In this document: positions 50,522 to 64,000 of the stretch, one piece after another | Numbering within the stretch: position 1 is the first letter of the stretch | Layout of the letters: each line of letters opens with the position of its first letter | Origin: Hemiscyllium ocellatum | Lineage: Eukaryota | NCBI RefSeq assembly: GCF_020745735.1 | Contig: NC_083418.1 | Span: forward strand, 13,605,588-13,669,587 | Length of the DNA stretch: 64,000 nt | Direction of reading: 5' to 3' | Notes under the pieces: generated by a model | What the model saw: only the letters and a program-made list of their open reading frames with translations | What the model was told of the DNA's origin: nothing | Database searches by the model: none | Translations under genes and position numbers: made by a program

Positions 50522-50640
50522 AGAAGTGTGGCACCAGTCCATTCAACCCATGAGCCAATACTGACCCTTCGAAGAGCATCCCACCCAGACCCACCCCATT
50601 CCTGTAACCCTATATTTCCTATGGCTAACCAACCAGTCAG
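50522..50640 (-). mobile_element. HE1-like SINE 3' fragment
   Basis: Reverse strand gggtctgggtgggatgctcttcgaagggtcagt...tgaatggactgg resembles the recalled 3' part of the shark HE1 SINE. Confidence 0.5.
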
Positions 50641-50644
50641 GCCT

Positions 50645-52960
50645 CTTGCATTGGAGCAAATACAGTTTAATTTATCATTCTTCTCTCATTATCTGCCAAG
50701 CTCTTGTCTACCTTGACTATTTGACTTGCTCCATTTATCAACTGTACCAGCGTCAGTTTTTTCTCTTTTCTCACTATCGCTTTGGGTCTCCCTGCAACCC
50801 CGCACCACCACCAACCCCTCCTCCGACCACCACCCTCCTCCTCCCCCCAACCACCACCACCACCACCACCACCACCAACACCCCCACCATCCCAACACCC
50901 CCACCATCACCACCATCACCCCTCCACAATACCACGAACACCCCCCACACAATTATCACCATCCCACTGCACCACCAACCCCCACCATCACCACCACCAC
51001 CCCCCACATCACCATCAACACACCCCCACACAATCACCACCACCACCCCGCCTCAACACCAACCCCCCCACCATCACCATCACCAACCCCCACAACACCA
51101 CCACCATTCTCCCACACAACCACCATCCCCCAAACACTAACCTCCTCTCCCAACACCACTACCACCACCACCCCAATCACCAACCTCCTCCCCCACACTA
51201 CCACCTCCACCCCCACACCCCACCACCAACCTCCCACCATCACCACCACCATCCCCCCACACCATCACCACAGCTCAACCACCAACCTCCTCCTCCACCA
51301 GCACCACCCACCCACACCAGCACCACCACTCCCACCTCACCACCAACCACCCACCATCACCACCACCACCCCCCACACTATCACCACCCCCATCCCACCA
51401 TCACCCCCCACACGGCCACCACTCCCCACCCCACCACCAACCCCCCCCCACCATCACCGCCACCACCCTCCCACACCATCACCACCCACCACTCCCCACC
51501 CCACCACCAACCTCCCACTATCACCATCACCACCCCCACACCATCACCACCCCCTCCACATCACCACCACAACCCCCCCACCCCACCATCACACCCTCAC
51601 CCCACCACCAACCCCCCACATGACCACCACCAGTCCCCACCCACTACCAACCCCCCATCATCACCACCACCATCCCCACCCACCATTACCCCCCACACCA
51701 CCACCCCTCCACACCCCCACCCCACCACTAAACCCTCACCACCACCACCCCCACCACCACCATACCCAATGCCCCCACCCCCACACCACCCCACCACCCC
51801 ACCAACACTACCACAATCAACCCTCCACCATCACCACCACCTTACTTGTTTAAAACCCCTTCAGTAGCACTATCAAATCTCCCTGCAAGGATATTGGCCT
51901 CCTTCTAATTCAGGGGGACCATTTTTCTCTTAAACAGGTAATTTCTACCCTAAAGAGATCCCAACATCAAAAAAATGTGAATCCTTGCCCCTTGCAACAG
52001 CTCCTCAGTCACGCATTCATCTCTGTATCCTTCTAGTCCTACTCTCACTAGCACGAGCCACCGGGAGTAATCCAGACATTACTATACTCAAGGACCTACT
52101 TTTAACTTCCCACCTAGTTTCCTTTATTCTCTCTGCAGAATGTAATTCCTTTCCTTCCCCATGTCCATGGAACCAACATGCACAACAACCTCCTGCTAGT
52201 GACTCTTACCTTTCAGAGTATTCTGCACACTCTCCAAAATAGCCTTGACCATGGCACCAGGAAGGCGACACCCCATCCTGATATCTCATTGACAACTGCA
52301 GAATCGTCTGCCTGTGCCTCAGACCAGAGAATCTCCTATTACAGTTGATCACTTGGAACCGAACATACCCCTCATTACAATAGAGGCAGTCACAGTATCA
52401 GAAACCTGACTGTCGGTCCCATATTCCCTTGAGAGGCCATCCCACACCACAGTATCCAAAATGGCATACCTGTTTGAGATGGATATAGGCGCAGGAGTCT
52501 GCTACATCACCTGACTACCTCTCCTATCATTCCTGGATCAACCATCCAACTGAATGTATCAGTGGTGTTTCCACCTTCTGAAACTGCCATCTATCACATC
52601 TCCTTGCTCTTGTAAACTCTCCATTGTTTCTACCTGCCACTCTAACCAATCCATGAGGTCCATTACCAAACACACTTCCTGCAGATATACTCTCCAGGAA
52701 CATTGAAATTCTTTCTGATCTCCCACATCTGACAGGAAGAGCACATCACCCTATTAAAAGTCATTTCTGCTCCTTTAACAATCTACAGACCCAGAAATTA
52801 CTTAAAAACAAACATAATGCACTTTGCTCAAAAATGCAATGTTAGCTGAAGAACACTGCTCTGGGATAACTTAATTCCAATCCTTAAAAGTAAATCAAGA
52901 GACAGATCTCAGGATAAACATAATAAAAGGAATGCCCTCAAGTTAAGCACTATTACAGAT
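50645..52960 (-). mobile_element. CR1 LINE 5' part (5' UTR, ORF1 Zn-finger/coiled coil + SGNH esterase, ORF2 start), degenerate and interrupted by a C/A-rich tract
   Basis: Minus strand reads CSSCQMWEI..., DLMDWLEWQVETMESLQE, KSRSLSIVMSGLLPVARASESRTRRI and LRSCCKGQGF; ORF2-like start LNCICSNA at about 50650-50675. Confidence 0.8.
50793..51840. repeat. Low-complexity C/A-rich (CCA/CAC)-type tract, about 1.05 kb
   Basis: Almost G-free on the + strand; irregular cac/cca/ccc runs. Confidence 0.95.
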
Positions 52961-53144
52961 CGAGAAAAAAGAAACCTGATTAAGAGGTTTTATGTATTGT
53001 AAAATCAAACACTGCCTGAGCAGTCTCAAACGCCAAAGGTGGATCCTCTTCTGGAGTTTCAGGCAGTGATTTTGGGACGAAGTCATTGGTATCGCTTGAT
53101 ACTGCTGCAGCTGCACATGAAGCTTGATACGAGGCATCCCACGT

Positions 53145-56100
53145 CAGCTGTGAAACTGCACTGATTCTCAGTCTGACAGATGTGAAACTGCACTGATTCA
53201 CAGTCTGACAGTTATGAAACTGCACTGATTCTCAGTCTGACAGATGTGAAACTGCACTGATTCACAGTCTGACAGTTATGAAACTGCACTGATTCTCAGT
53301 CTGACAGCTGTGAAACTGCACTGATTCTCAGTCTGACAGCTATGAAACTGCACTGAGTCTCAGTCTGACAGCTGTGAAACTGCCCTGATTCTCAGTCTGA
53401 CAGCTATGAAACTGCACTGATTCTCAGCCTGACGGCTGTGAAACTGCACTGATTCTCAGACTGGCAGCTGTGAAACTGCACTGAGTCTCAGTCTGACAGC
53501 TGTGAAACTGCACTGAGTCTCAGTCTGACGGATGTGAAACTGCACTGATTCTCAGTCTGACAGCTATGAAACTGCCCTGATTCTCAGTCAGACAGCTGTA
53601 AAACTGCACTGATTCTCAGTCTGACAGCTGTGAAACTGCACTGATTCTCAGCATGACAGATGTGAAACTGCACTGAGTCTCAGTCTGACAGATGAGAAAC
53701 TGCACTGATTCTCAGTCTGACAGCTATGAAACTGCACTGATTCTCAGTCTGACAGATGTGAAACTGCACTGATTCCCAGTCTGACAGCTATGAAACTGCC
53801 CAGATTCTCAGTCTGACAGCAATGAAACTGCACTGATTCTCATTCTGACAGCTGTGAGACTGCACAGATTCTCAATATGACAGCTATGAAACTGCACTGC
53901 TTCACAATCTGTCAGCTGTGAAACTGCACGGATTCAGTCTGACAGCTAAGAAACTGCACTGATTCTCAGTCTGATAGCTGTGAAACTGCACTGATTCTCA
54001 GTCTGACAGATGTGAAACTGCACTGATTCCCAGTCTTACAGATGTGAAACTGCACTGATTCCCAGTCTGACAGCTATGAAACAGCAATGATTCTCAGTCT
54101 GACAGTTATGAAACTGCACTGATTCTCAGACTGGCAGCTGTGAAACTGCACTGATTCTCAGACTGACAGATGTGAAACTGCACTGATTCTCAGTCAGACA
54201 GATGTGAAACTGCACGGATTCTCAGTCTGACAGCTATGAAACTGCACTGATTCTCAGACTGGCAGCTGTGAAACTGCACTGAGTCTCAGTCTGACAGCTG
54301 TGAAACTGCACTGAGTCTCAGTCTGACGGATGTGAAACTGCACTGATTCTCAGTCTGACAGCTATGAAACTGCCCTGATTCTCAGTCTGGCAGCTATGAA
54401 CTGCACTGATTCTCATTCTGACAGCTGTGAAACTGCACTGATTCCCAGTCTGACAGATGTGTAACTGCACTGATTCTCAGTCTGACAGATGTGAAACTGC
54501 CCTGATTCTCAGTCTGACAGATGTGAAACTGCCCTGATTCTCAGTCTGACAGCTATGAAACTGCACTGATTCTCAGTCTGACAGCTATGAAACTGCCCTG
54601 ATTCTCAGTCAGACAGCTATGAAACTGCACTGATTCTCAGCCTGACGGCTGTGAAACTGCACTGATTCTCAGACTGGCAGCTGTGAAACTGCACTGAGTC
54701 TCAGTCTGACAGCTGTGAAACTGCACTGAGTCTCAGTCTGACGGATGTGAAACTGCACTGATTCTCAGTCTGACAGCTATGAAACTGCCCTGATTCTCAG
54801 TCAGACAGCTGTAAAACTGCACTGATTCTCAGTCTGACAGCTGTGAAACTGCACTGATTCTCAGCATGACAGATGTGAAACTGCACTGAGTCTCAGTCTG
54901 ACAGATGAGAAACTGCACTGATTCTCAGTCTGACAGCTATGAAACTGCACTGATTCTCAGTCTGACAGATGTGAAACTGCACTGATTCCCAGTCTGACAG
55001 CTATGAAACTGCCCTGATTCTCAGTCTGACAGCTATGAAACTGCACTGCTTCACAATCTGTCAGCTGTGAAACTGCACGGATTCAGTCTGACAGCTATGA
55101 AACTGCACTGATTCTCAGTCTGATAGCTGTGAAACTGCACTGATTCTCAGTCTGACAGATGTGAAACTGCACTGATTCCCAGTCTTACAGATGTGAAACT
55201 GCACTGATTCCCAGTCTGACAGCTATGAAACTGCAATGATTCTCAGTCTGACAGCTATGAAACTGCACTGATTCTCAGACTGGCAGCTGTGAAACTGCAC
55301 TGATTCTCAGACTGACAGATGTGAAACTGCACTGATTCTCAGTCAGACAGATGTGAAACTGCACGGATTCTCAGTCTGACAGCTATGAAACTGCACTGAT
55401 TCTCAGTCTGACAGCTATGAAACTGCACTGATGATCAGCCTGACAGCTATGAAACTGCACTGATTCTCAGACTGGCAGCTGTGAAACTGCACTGAGTCTC
55501 AGTCTGACAGCTGTGAAACTGCACTGAGTCTCAGTCTGACGGATGTGAAACTGCACTGATTCTCAGTCTGGCAGCTATGAACTGCACTGATTCTCATTCT
55601 GACAGCTGTGAAACTGCACTGATTCTCAGTCTGACAGATGTGTAACTGCACTGATTCTCAGTCTGACAGATGTGAAATTGCACTGATTCTCAGTCTGGCA
55701 GCTATGAAACAGCCCTGATTCTCAGTCTGACAGCTATGAAACGGCCCTGATTCTCAGTCTGACAGCTATGTACTGCACTGATTCTCATTCTGACAGCTGT
55801 GAAACTGCACTGATTCTCAGTCTGACAGATGTGAAACTGCACTGATTCACAGTCTGACAGTTATGAAACTGCACTGATTCTCAGCCTGACAGCTGTGAAA
55901 CTGCACTGATTCTCAGACTGGCAGCTGTGAAACTGCACTGAGTCTCAGTCTGACAGCTGTGAAACTGCCCTGATTCTCAGTCTGACAGCTATGAAACTGC
56001 ACTGATTCTCAGTCTGACAGCTGTGAAACTGCCCTGATTCTCAGTGTGACAGCTATGAAACTGCACTGATTCTCAGCCTGACGGCTGTGAAACTGCACTG

Positions 56101-59100
56101 ATTCTCAGACTGGCAGCTGTGAAACTGCACTGAGTCTCAGTCTGACAGCTGTGAAACTGCACTGAGTCTCAGTCTGACGGATGTGAAACTGCACTGATTC
56201 TCAGTCTGACAGCTATGAAACTGCCCTGATTCTCAGTCAGACAGCTGTAAAACTGCACTGATTCTCAGTCTGACAGCTGTGAAACTGCACTGATTCTCAG
56301 TCTGACAGATGTGAAACTGCACTGATTCCCAGTCTGACAGCTATGAAACTGCCCTGATTCTCAGTCTGACAGCTATGAAACTGCACTGCTTCACAATCTG
56401 TCAGCTGTGAAACTGCACGGATTCAGTCTGACAGCTAAGAAACTGCACTGATTCTCAGTCTGATAGCTGTGAAACTGCACTGATTCTCAGTCTGACAGAT
56501 GTGAAACTGCACTGATTCCCAGTCTTACAGATGTGAAACTGCACTGATTCCCAGTCTGACAGCTATGAAACAGCAATGATTCTCAGTCTGACAGCTATGA
56601 AACTGCACTGATTCTCAGACTGGCAGCTGTGAAACTGCACTGATTCTCAGTCTGACAGCTATGAAACTGCACTGATTCTCAGTCTGACAGATGTGAAACT
56701 GCACTGATTCTCAGTCAGACAGCTGTGAAACTGCACGGATTCTCAGTCTGACAGCTATGAAACTGCACTGATTCTCAGTCTGACAGCTATGAAACTGCAC
56801 TGATGATCAGCCTGACAGCTATGAAACTGCACTGATTCTCAGACTGGCAGCTGTGAAACTGCACTGATTCTCAGTCTGACAGCTATGAAACTGCCCTGAT
56901 TCCCAGTCTGGCAGCTATGAACTGCACTGATTCTCATTCTGACAGCTGTGAAACTGCACTGATTCACAATATGACAGCTATGAAACTGCACTGATTCTCA
57001 GTCTGACAGATGTGTAACTGCACTGATTCTCAGGCTGACAGATGTGAAACTGCACTGATTCTCAGTCTGACAGCTATGAAACAGCCCTGATTCTCAGTCT
57101 GACAGCTATGAAACGGCCCTGATTCTCAGTCTGACAGCTGTGAAACTGCACTGATTCTCAATCTGACAGCTATGAAACTGCCCTGATTCTCAGTCTGGCA
57201 GCTGTGAAACTGCACTGATTCTCAATATGACAGCTATGACACTGCACTGATTCTCAGTCTGACAGATGTGAAACTGCACTGATTCTCAGTCTGACAGTTG
57301 TGAAACTGCACTGATTCTCAGCCTGACAGCTGTGAAATTGTACTGATTCCCAGTCTGACCGCTGTGAAACTGCCCTGATTCTCAGTCTGACAGCTATGAA
57401 ACTGCCCTGATTCTCAGTCACACAACTGTAAAACTGCACTGATTTTCAGTCTGACAGATGTGAAACTGCACAGATTCTCAGCCTGACAGATGTGAAACTG
57501 CACTGATTCTCAGTCTGACAGCTATGAAACTGCACTGATTCTCAGCCTGACAGATGTGAAACTGCACTGATTCTCAGTCTGACAGCTATGAAACTGCACT
57601 GATTCTCAATCTGACAGATGTGAAACTGCACTGATTCCCAGTCTGACAGCTATGAAACTGCCCTGATTCTCAGTCTGACAGCTGTTAAACTGCACTGATT
57701 CTCAATATGACAGCTATGAAACTGCACTGATTCAGTCTGACAGCTAAGAAACTGCACTGATTCTCAATCTGATAGCTGTGACACTGCACTGATTCTCAGT
57801 CTGACAGCTGTGAAACTGCACTGATTCCCAGTCTGACAGCTATGAAACTGCACTGTTCTCAATCTGATAGCTGTGAAACTGCACTGATTCTCAGTCTGAT
57901 AGCTGTGAAACTGCACTGATGCGCAGTCTGACAGCTGTGAAACTGCACTGATTCTCAGTCTGACAGCTGTGAAACTGCACTGATTCTCAGACTGGCAGCT
58001 GTGAAACTGCACTGATTCTCAGTCTGACAGCTGTGAAACTGCACTGATTCACAGTCTGACAGCTGTGAAACTGCACTGATTCTCAGTCAGACAGCTGTGA
58101 AACTGCACGAATTCTCAGTCTGACAGCTATGAAACTGCACTGATTCTTAGCCTGACAGCTATGAAACGGCACTGATGATCAGCCTGACAGCTATGAAACT
58201 GCACTGATTCTCAGTCAGACAAATGTGAAACTGCACTGATTCTCGGTCTGACAGCTATGAGACTGCCCTGATTCTCAGTCTGACAGCTATGAAACTGCAC
58301 TGATTCTCATTCTGACAGCTGTGAAACTGCACTGATTCTCAATATGACAGCTATGAAACTGCACTGATTCTCAGTCTGACAGATGTGTAACTGCACTGAT
58401 TCTCAGTCTGACAGCTGTGAAACTGCACTGATTCTCAGTCTGACAGCTATGAAACTGCCCTGATTATCAGTCTGGCAGCTGTGAAACTGCACTGATTCTC
58501 AATATGACAGCTATGAAACGGCCCTGATTCTCAGTCTGACAGATGTGAAACTGCACTGATTCTCTGTCTGACAGATGTGAAACTGCACTGATTCTCAGTT
58601 TGACAGCTATGAAACTGCACTGATTCTCAGTCTGACAGCTGTGAAATTGTACTGATTCCCAGTCTGACCGCTGTGAAACTGCCCTGATTCTCAGTCGGAC
58701 AGCTATGAAACTGCCCTGATTCTCAGTCACACAGCTGTTAAACTGCACAGATTCTCAATATGACAGCTATGAAACTGCTCTGATTCAGTCTGACAGCTAA
58801 GAAACTGCACTGATTCTCAATCTGATAGCTGTGAAACTGCACTGATTCTCAGTCTGACAGCTGTGAAACTGCACTGATTCCCAGTCTGACAGCTATGAAA
58901 CTGCACTGATTCTCAGACTGGCAGCTGTGAAACTGCACTGATTCTCAGTCAGACAGCTGTGAAACTGCTCTGACTCTCAGTCAGACAGCTTTGAAACTGC
59001 ACGGATTCTCGGTCTGACAGCTATGAAACTGCACTGATTCTTAGCCTAACAGCTATGAAACTGCACTGATGATCAGCCTGACAGCTATGAAACTGCACTG

Positions 59101-62100
59101 ATTCTCAGTTAGACAAATGTGAAACTGCACTGATTCTCGGTCTGACAGCTATGAAACGGCCCTGATTCTCAGTCTGACAGCTATGACACTGCACTGATTC
59201 TCAGTCTGACAGCTGTGAAACTGCACTGATTCTCAGTCTGACAGCTGTGAAATTTTACTGATTCCCAGTCTGACCGCTGTGAAACTGCCCTGATTTTCAG
59301 TCTGACAGCTAAGAAACTGCCCTGATTCTCAGTCAGACAGCTGTAAAACTGCACTGATTTTCAGTCTGACAGCTGTGAAACTGCACTGATTCTCAGCCTG
59401 ACAGATGTGAAACTGCACTGATTCTCAGTCTGACAGCTATGAAACTGCATTGAGTCTCAGTCTGACGGCTGTAAAACTGCACGGATTCTCAGTCTGACAG
59501 CTATGAAACTGCACTGATTCTCAGCCTGACAGCTGTGACACTGCACTGATTCTCAGACTGGCAGCTGTAAAACTGCACTGATTCTCAGACTGGCAGCTGT
59601 AAAACTGCACTGAGTCTCAGTCTGACAGCTGTGAAACTGCCCTGATTCTCAGTCTGACAGATGTGATACTGCAGTGATTCACAGTCTGACAGTTATGAAA
59701 CTGCACTGATTCTCAGTCTGACAGCTGTGAAACTGCACTGATTCTCAGTCTGACAGATGTGATACTGCACTGATTCACAGTCTGACAGTTATGAAACTGC
59801 ACTGATGATCAGTCTGACGGCTGTAAAACTGCACAGATTCTCAGTCTGACAGCTGTGAAACTGCACTGATTCTCAGACTGGCAGCTGTGAAACTGCACTG
59901 ATTCTCAGTCTGACAGCTGTGAAACTGCCCTGATTCTCAGTCTGACAGCTATGAAACTGCACTGATTCTCAGTCTGACAGCTGTGAAACTGCACTGATTC
60001 TCAGTCTGACAGCTGTGAAACTGCACTGATTCTCAGTCTGACAGCTATGAAACTGCACTGAGTCTCAGTCTGACGGCTATAAAACTGCACTGATTCTCAG
60101 TCTGACAGCTATGAAACTGCACTGATTCTCAATATGACAGCTATGAAACTGCACTGATACTCAGTCTGACAGATGTGTAACTGCACTGATTCTCAGTCTG
60201 ACAGATGTGAAACTGCACTGATTCTCAGTCTGACAGCTATGAAACTGCCCTGATTCTCAGTCTGGCAGCCATAAAACTGCCCTGATTCTCAGTCTGACAG
60301 CTGTGAAACTGCACTGAGTCTCAGTCTGACAGCTGTGAAACTGCCCTGATTCTCAGTCTGACAGCTGTGAAACTGCACTGAGTCTCAGACTGGCATCTGT
60401 GAAACTGCACGGATTCTCAGTCTGACAGCTATGAAACTGCACTGATTCTCAGCCTGACAGCTGTGAAACTGCACTGAGTCTCAGACTGGCATCTGTGAAA
60501 CTGCACTGAGTCTCAGTCTGACAGCTATGAAACTGCACTGATTCTCAGCCTGACAGCTGTGAAAGGGCACGGATTCTCAGACTGGCAGCTGTGAAACTGC
60601 ACTGAGTCTCAGTCTGACAGCTGTTAAACTGCCCTGATTCTCAGTCTGACAGCTATGAAACTGCACTGATTCTCAGTCTGACAGCTATGAAACTGCACTG
60701 AGTCTCAGTCTGAAGGCTGTAAAACTGCACGGATTCTCAGTCTGGCAGCTATGAAACTGCACTGATTCTCAGCCTGACAGCTGTGAAACTGCACTGAGTC
60801 TCAGACTGGCAGCTGTGAAACTGCACTGAGTCTCAGTCTGACAGCTGTGAAACTGCACTGATTCTCAGTCTGACAGCTATGAAACGGCCCTGATTCTCAG
60901 TCTGACAGCTATGAAACGGCCCTGATTCTCAGTCTGACAGCTGTGAAAATGCACTGATTCTCAATATGACAGCTATGACACTGCACTGATTCTCAGTCTG
61001 ACAGATGTGAAACTGCACTGATTCTCAGTCTGACAGATGTGAAACTGCACTGATTCTCAGTCTGACAGCTGTGAAACTGCCCTGATTCTCAGTCTGACAG
61101 CTATGAAACTGCCCTGATTCTCAGTCACACAGCTGTATAACTGCACTGATTTTCAGTCTGACAGCTGTGAAACTGCACTGAGTCTAAGTCTGACGGCTGT
61201 AAAACTGCACGGATTCTCAGTCTGACAGCTGTGAAACTGCACTGATTCTCAGTCTGACAGTTATGAAACTGCACTGATTCTCAGTCTGACAGCTGTGAAA
61301 CTGCACTGATTCTCAGTCTGACAGTTATGAAACTGCACTGATTCTCAGTCTGACAGCTGTGAAACTGCACTGATTCTCAGTCTGACAGCTATTAAACTGC
61401 ACTGATGATCAGTCTGACGGCTGTAAAACTGCACAGATTCTCAGTCTGACAGATGTGAAACTGCACTGATTCTCAGACTGGCAGCTGTGAAACTGCACTG
61501 AGTCTCAGTCTGACAGCTGTGAAACTGCCCTGATTCTCAGTCTGACAGCTATGAAACTGCACTGATTCTCAGTCTGACAGCTGTGAAACTGCACTGATTC
61601 TCAGTCTGACAGCTATGAAACTGCACTGAGTCTCAGTCTGACGGCTGTAAAACTGCACGGATTCTCAGTCTGACAGCTATGAAACTGCACTGAGTCTCAG
61701 CCTGACAGCTGTGAAACTGCACTGAGTCTCAGACAGGCATCTGTGAAACTGCACTGAGTCTCAGTCTGACAGCTATGAAACTGCACTGATTCTCAGCCTG
61801 ACAGCTGTGAAAGGGCACTGAGTCTCAGACAGGCATCTGTGAAACTGCACTGAGTCTCAGTCTGACAGCTATGAAACTGCCCTGATTCTCAGTCTGACAG
61901 CTATGAAACTGCACTGATTCTCAGTCTGACAGCTATGAAACTGCACTGAGTCTCAGTCTGACGGCTGTAAAACTGCACGGATTCTCAGTCTGACAGCTGT
62001 GAAACTGCACTGAGTCTCAGACTGGCAGCTGTGAAACTGCACTGAGTCTCAGTCTGACAGCTGTGAAACTGCCCTGATTCTCAGTCTGACAGATGTGAAA

Positions 62101-64000
62101 CTGCACTGATTCACAGTCTGACAGTTATGGAACTGCACTGATTCTCAGTCTGACAGCTGTGAAACTGCACTGATTCTCAGTCTGACAGCTGTGAAACTGC
62201 ACTGAGTCTCAGTCTGACGGCTGTAAAACTGCACTGATTCTCAGTCTGACAGCTATGAAACTGCACTGATTCTCAGCCTGACAGCTGTGAAACTGCACTG
62301 ATTCTCAGTCTGACAGCTATGAAACTGCACTGATTCTCAGCCTGACGGCTGTGAAACTGCACTGATTCTCAGACTGGCAGCTGTGAAACTGCACTGAGTC
62401 TCAGTCTGACAGCTATGAAACTGCACTGAGTCTCAGTCTGACGGATGTGAAACTGCCCTGATTCTCAGTCAGACAGCTGTAAAACTGCACTGATTTTCAG
62501 TCAGACAGATGTGAAACTGCACTGATTCTCAGTCTGACAGATGTGAAACTGCACTGATTCTCAGCATGACAGATGTGAAACTGCACTGATTCTCAGTCTG
62601 ACAGATGAGAAACTGCACTGATTCACAGTCTGACAGTTATGAAACTGCACTGATTCTCAGTCTGACAGCAGTGAAACTGCACTGATTCTCAGTCTGACAG
62701 CTATGAAACTGCACTGATTCTCAGTCTGACGGTTGTAAAACTGCACGGATTCTCAGTCTGACAGCTATGAAACTGCACTGATTCTCAGCCTGACAGCTGT
62801 GAAACTGCACTGATTCTCAGACTGGCAGCTGTGAATCTGCACTGAGTCTCAGTCTGACAGCTGTGAAACTGCCCTGATTCTCAGTCTGACAGCTATGAAA
62901 CTGCACTGATTTTCAGTCTGACAGCTGTGAAACTGCCCTGATTCTCAGTCTGACAGCTATGAAACTGCACTGATTCTCAGCCTGACAGCTGTGAAACTGC
63001 ACTGATTCACAGACTGGCAGCTGTGAAACTGCACTGAGTCTCAGTCTGACAGCTGTGAAACTGCACTGAGTCTCAGTCTGACGGATGTGAAACTGCACTG
63101 ATTCTCAGTCTGACAGCTATGAAACTGCACTGATTCTCAGCCTGACAGCTATGAAACTGCACTGATGATCAGGCTGACAGCTATGAAACTGCACTGATTG
63201 TCCGACTGGCAGCTGTGAAACTGCACTGATTCTCAGTCAGACAAATGTGAAACTGCACTGATTCTCAGTCTGACAGCTATGAGACTGCCCTGATTCTCAG
63301 TCTGACAGCTATGAACTGCACTGATTCTCATTCTGACAGTTGTGAAACTGCACTGATTCTCAATATGACAGCTATGAAACTGCACTGATTCTCAGTCTGA
63401 CAGATGTGAAACTGCACTGATTCTCAGTCTGACAGCTATGAAACGGCCCTGATTCTCAGTCTGACAGCTATGAAACGGCCCTGATTCTCAGTCTGACAGC
63501 TGTGAAACTGCACTGAGTCTAAGTCTGACGGCTGTAAAACTGCACTGATTCTCAGCCTGACAGCTGTGAAACTGCACTGAGTCTCAGACTGGCAGCTGTG
63601 AAACTGCACTGAGTCTCAGTCTGACAGCTGTGAAACTGCCCTGATTCTCAGTCTGACAGATGTGAAACTGCACTGATTCACAGTCTGACAGCTATGAAAC
63701 TGAACTTAGTCTCAGTCTGACGGCTGTAAAACTGCACTGATTCTCAGTCTGACAGCTATGAAACTGCACTGATTATCAGCCTGACAGCTGTGAAACTGCA
63801 CTGATTCTCAGACTGGCAGCTGTGAAACTGCACTGATTCACAGACTGGCAGCTGTGAAACTGCATTGATTCACAGTCTGACAGTTATGAAACTGCACTGA
63901 TTCTCAGTCTGACAGCAGTGAAACTGCACTGATTCTCAGTCTGACAGCTATGAAACTGCACTGATTCTCAGTCTGACGGTTGTAAAACTGCACGGATTCT
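53145..64000. repeat. 32-bp satellite, consensus CAGCTRTGAAACTGCACTGATTCTCAGTCTGA, about 340 copies, continuing past the window end
   Basis: Uninterrupted head-to-tail tandem monomers with point variants and occasional 30-31-bp units. Confidence 0.98.

Noticed and set aside
50646-51867. Pro/Thr/His-rich ORFs as a mucin PTS exon or extensin
   Set aside because: Open frames result from absence of G and scarcity of T. No frame is consistently Thr/Ser-rich, there are no splice sites, and the tract lies inside a CR1.
53145-64000. CRISPR-like 32-bp repeat with internal hairpin
   Set aside because: No spacers, no cas genes, eukaryotic context; it is a contiguous satellite
53145-64000. Cys/Gln-rich minus-strand ORFs (QFHSCQTENQCSF...)
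   Set aside because: A 32-bp unit cycles through frames and hits a stop about every third monomer; the ORFs are chance

Overview
Vertebrate genomic DNA, most likely a cartilaginous fish (shark), judged from the CR1/HER1-, HE1- and Penelope-type repeats. It is the interior of a + strand gel-forming mucin gene (MUC2/MUC5AC/MUC5B family). Bases 1-43.7 kb are a tandem array of 32 (31 complete, 1 partial) nearly identical 216-nt, phase 1-1 exons with a period of about 1449 bp (663 bp where a short intron variant occurs). Each exon encodes 72 aa: a 26-aa Thr/Pro-rich linker flanked by the two halves of a 6-Cys module. That module matches the single-copy Cys-rich module that follows the PTS region in mammalian MUC2/MUC5. 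The array is followed by the single-copy-type exon (45053-45240) and then a long presumed intron. The intron holds a fold-back element split by a CR1 LINE, older nested LINE fragments, a SINE fragment, a C/A-rich expansion inside a CR1, and more than 10.8 kb of a 32-bp satellite. One array intron carries a 124-bp insertion with a 12-bp TSD that contains a minimal hammerhead ribozyme motif. Homologies come from recalled family sequences; no database search was run.
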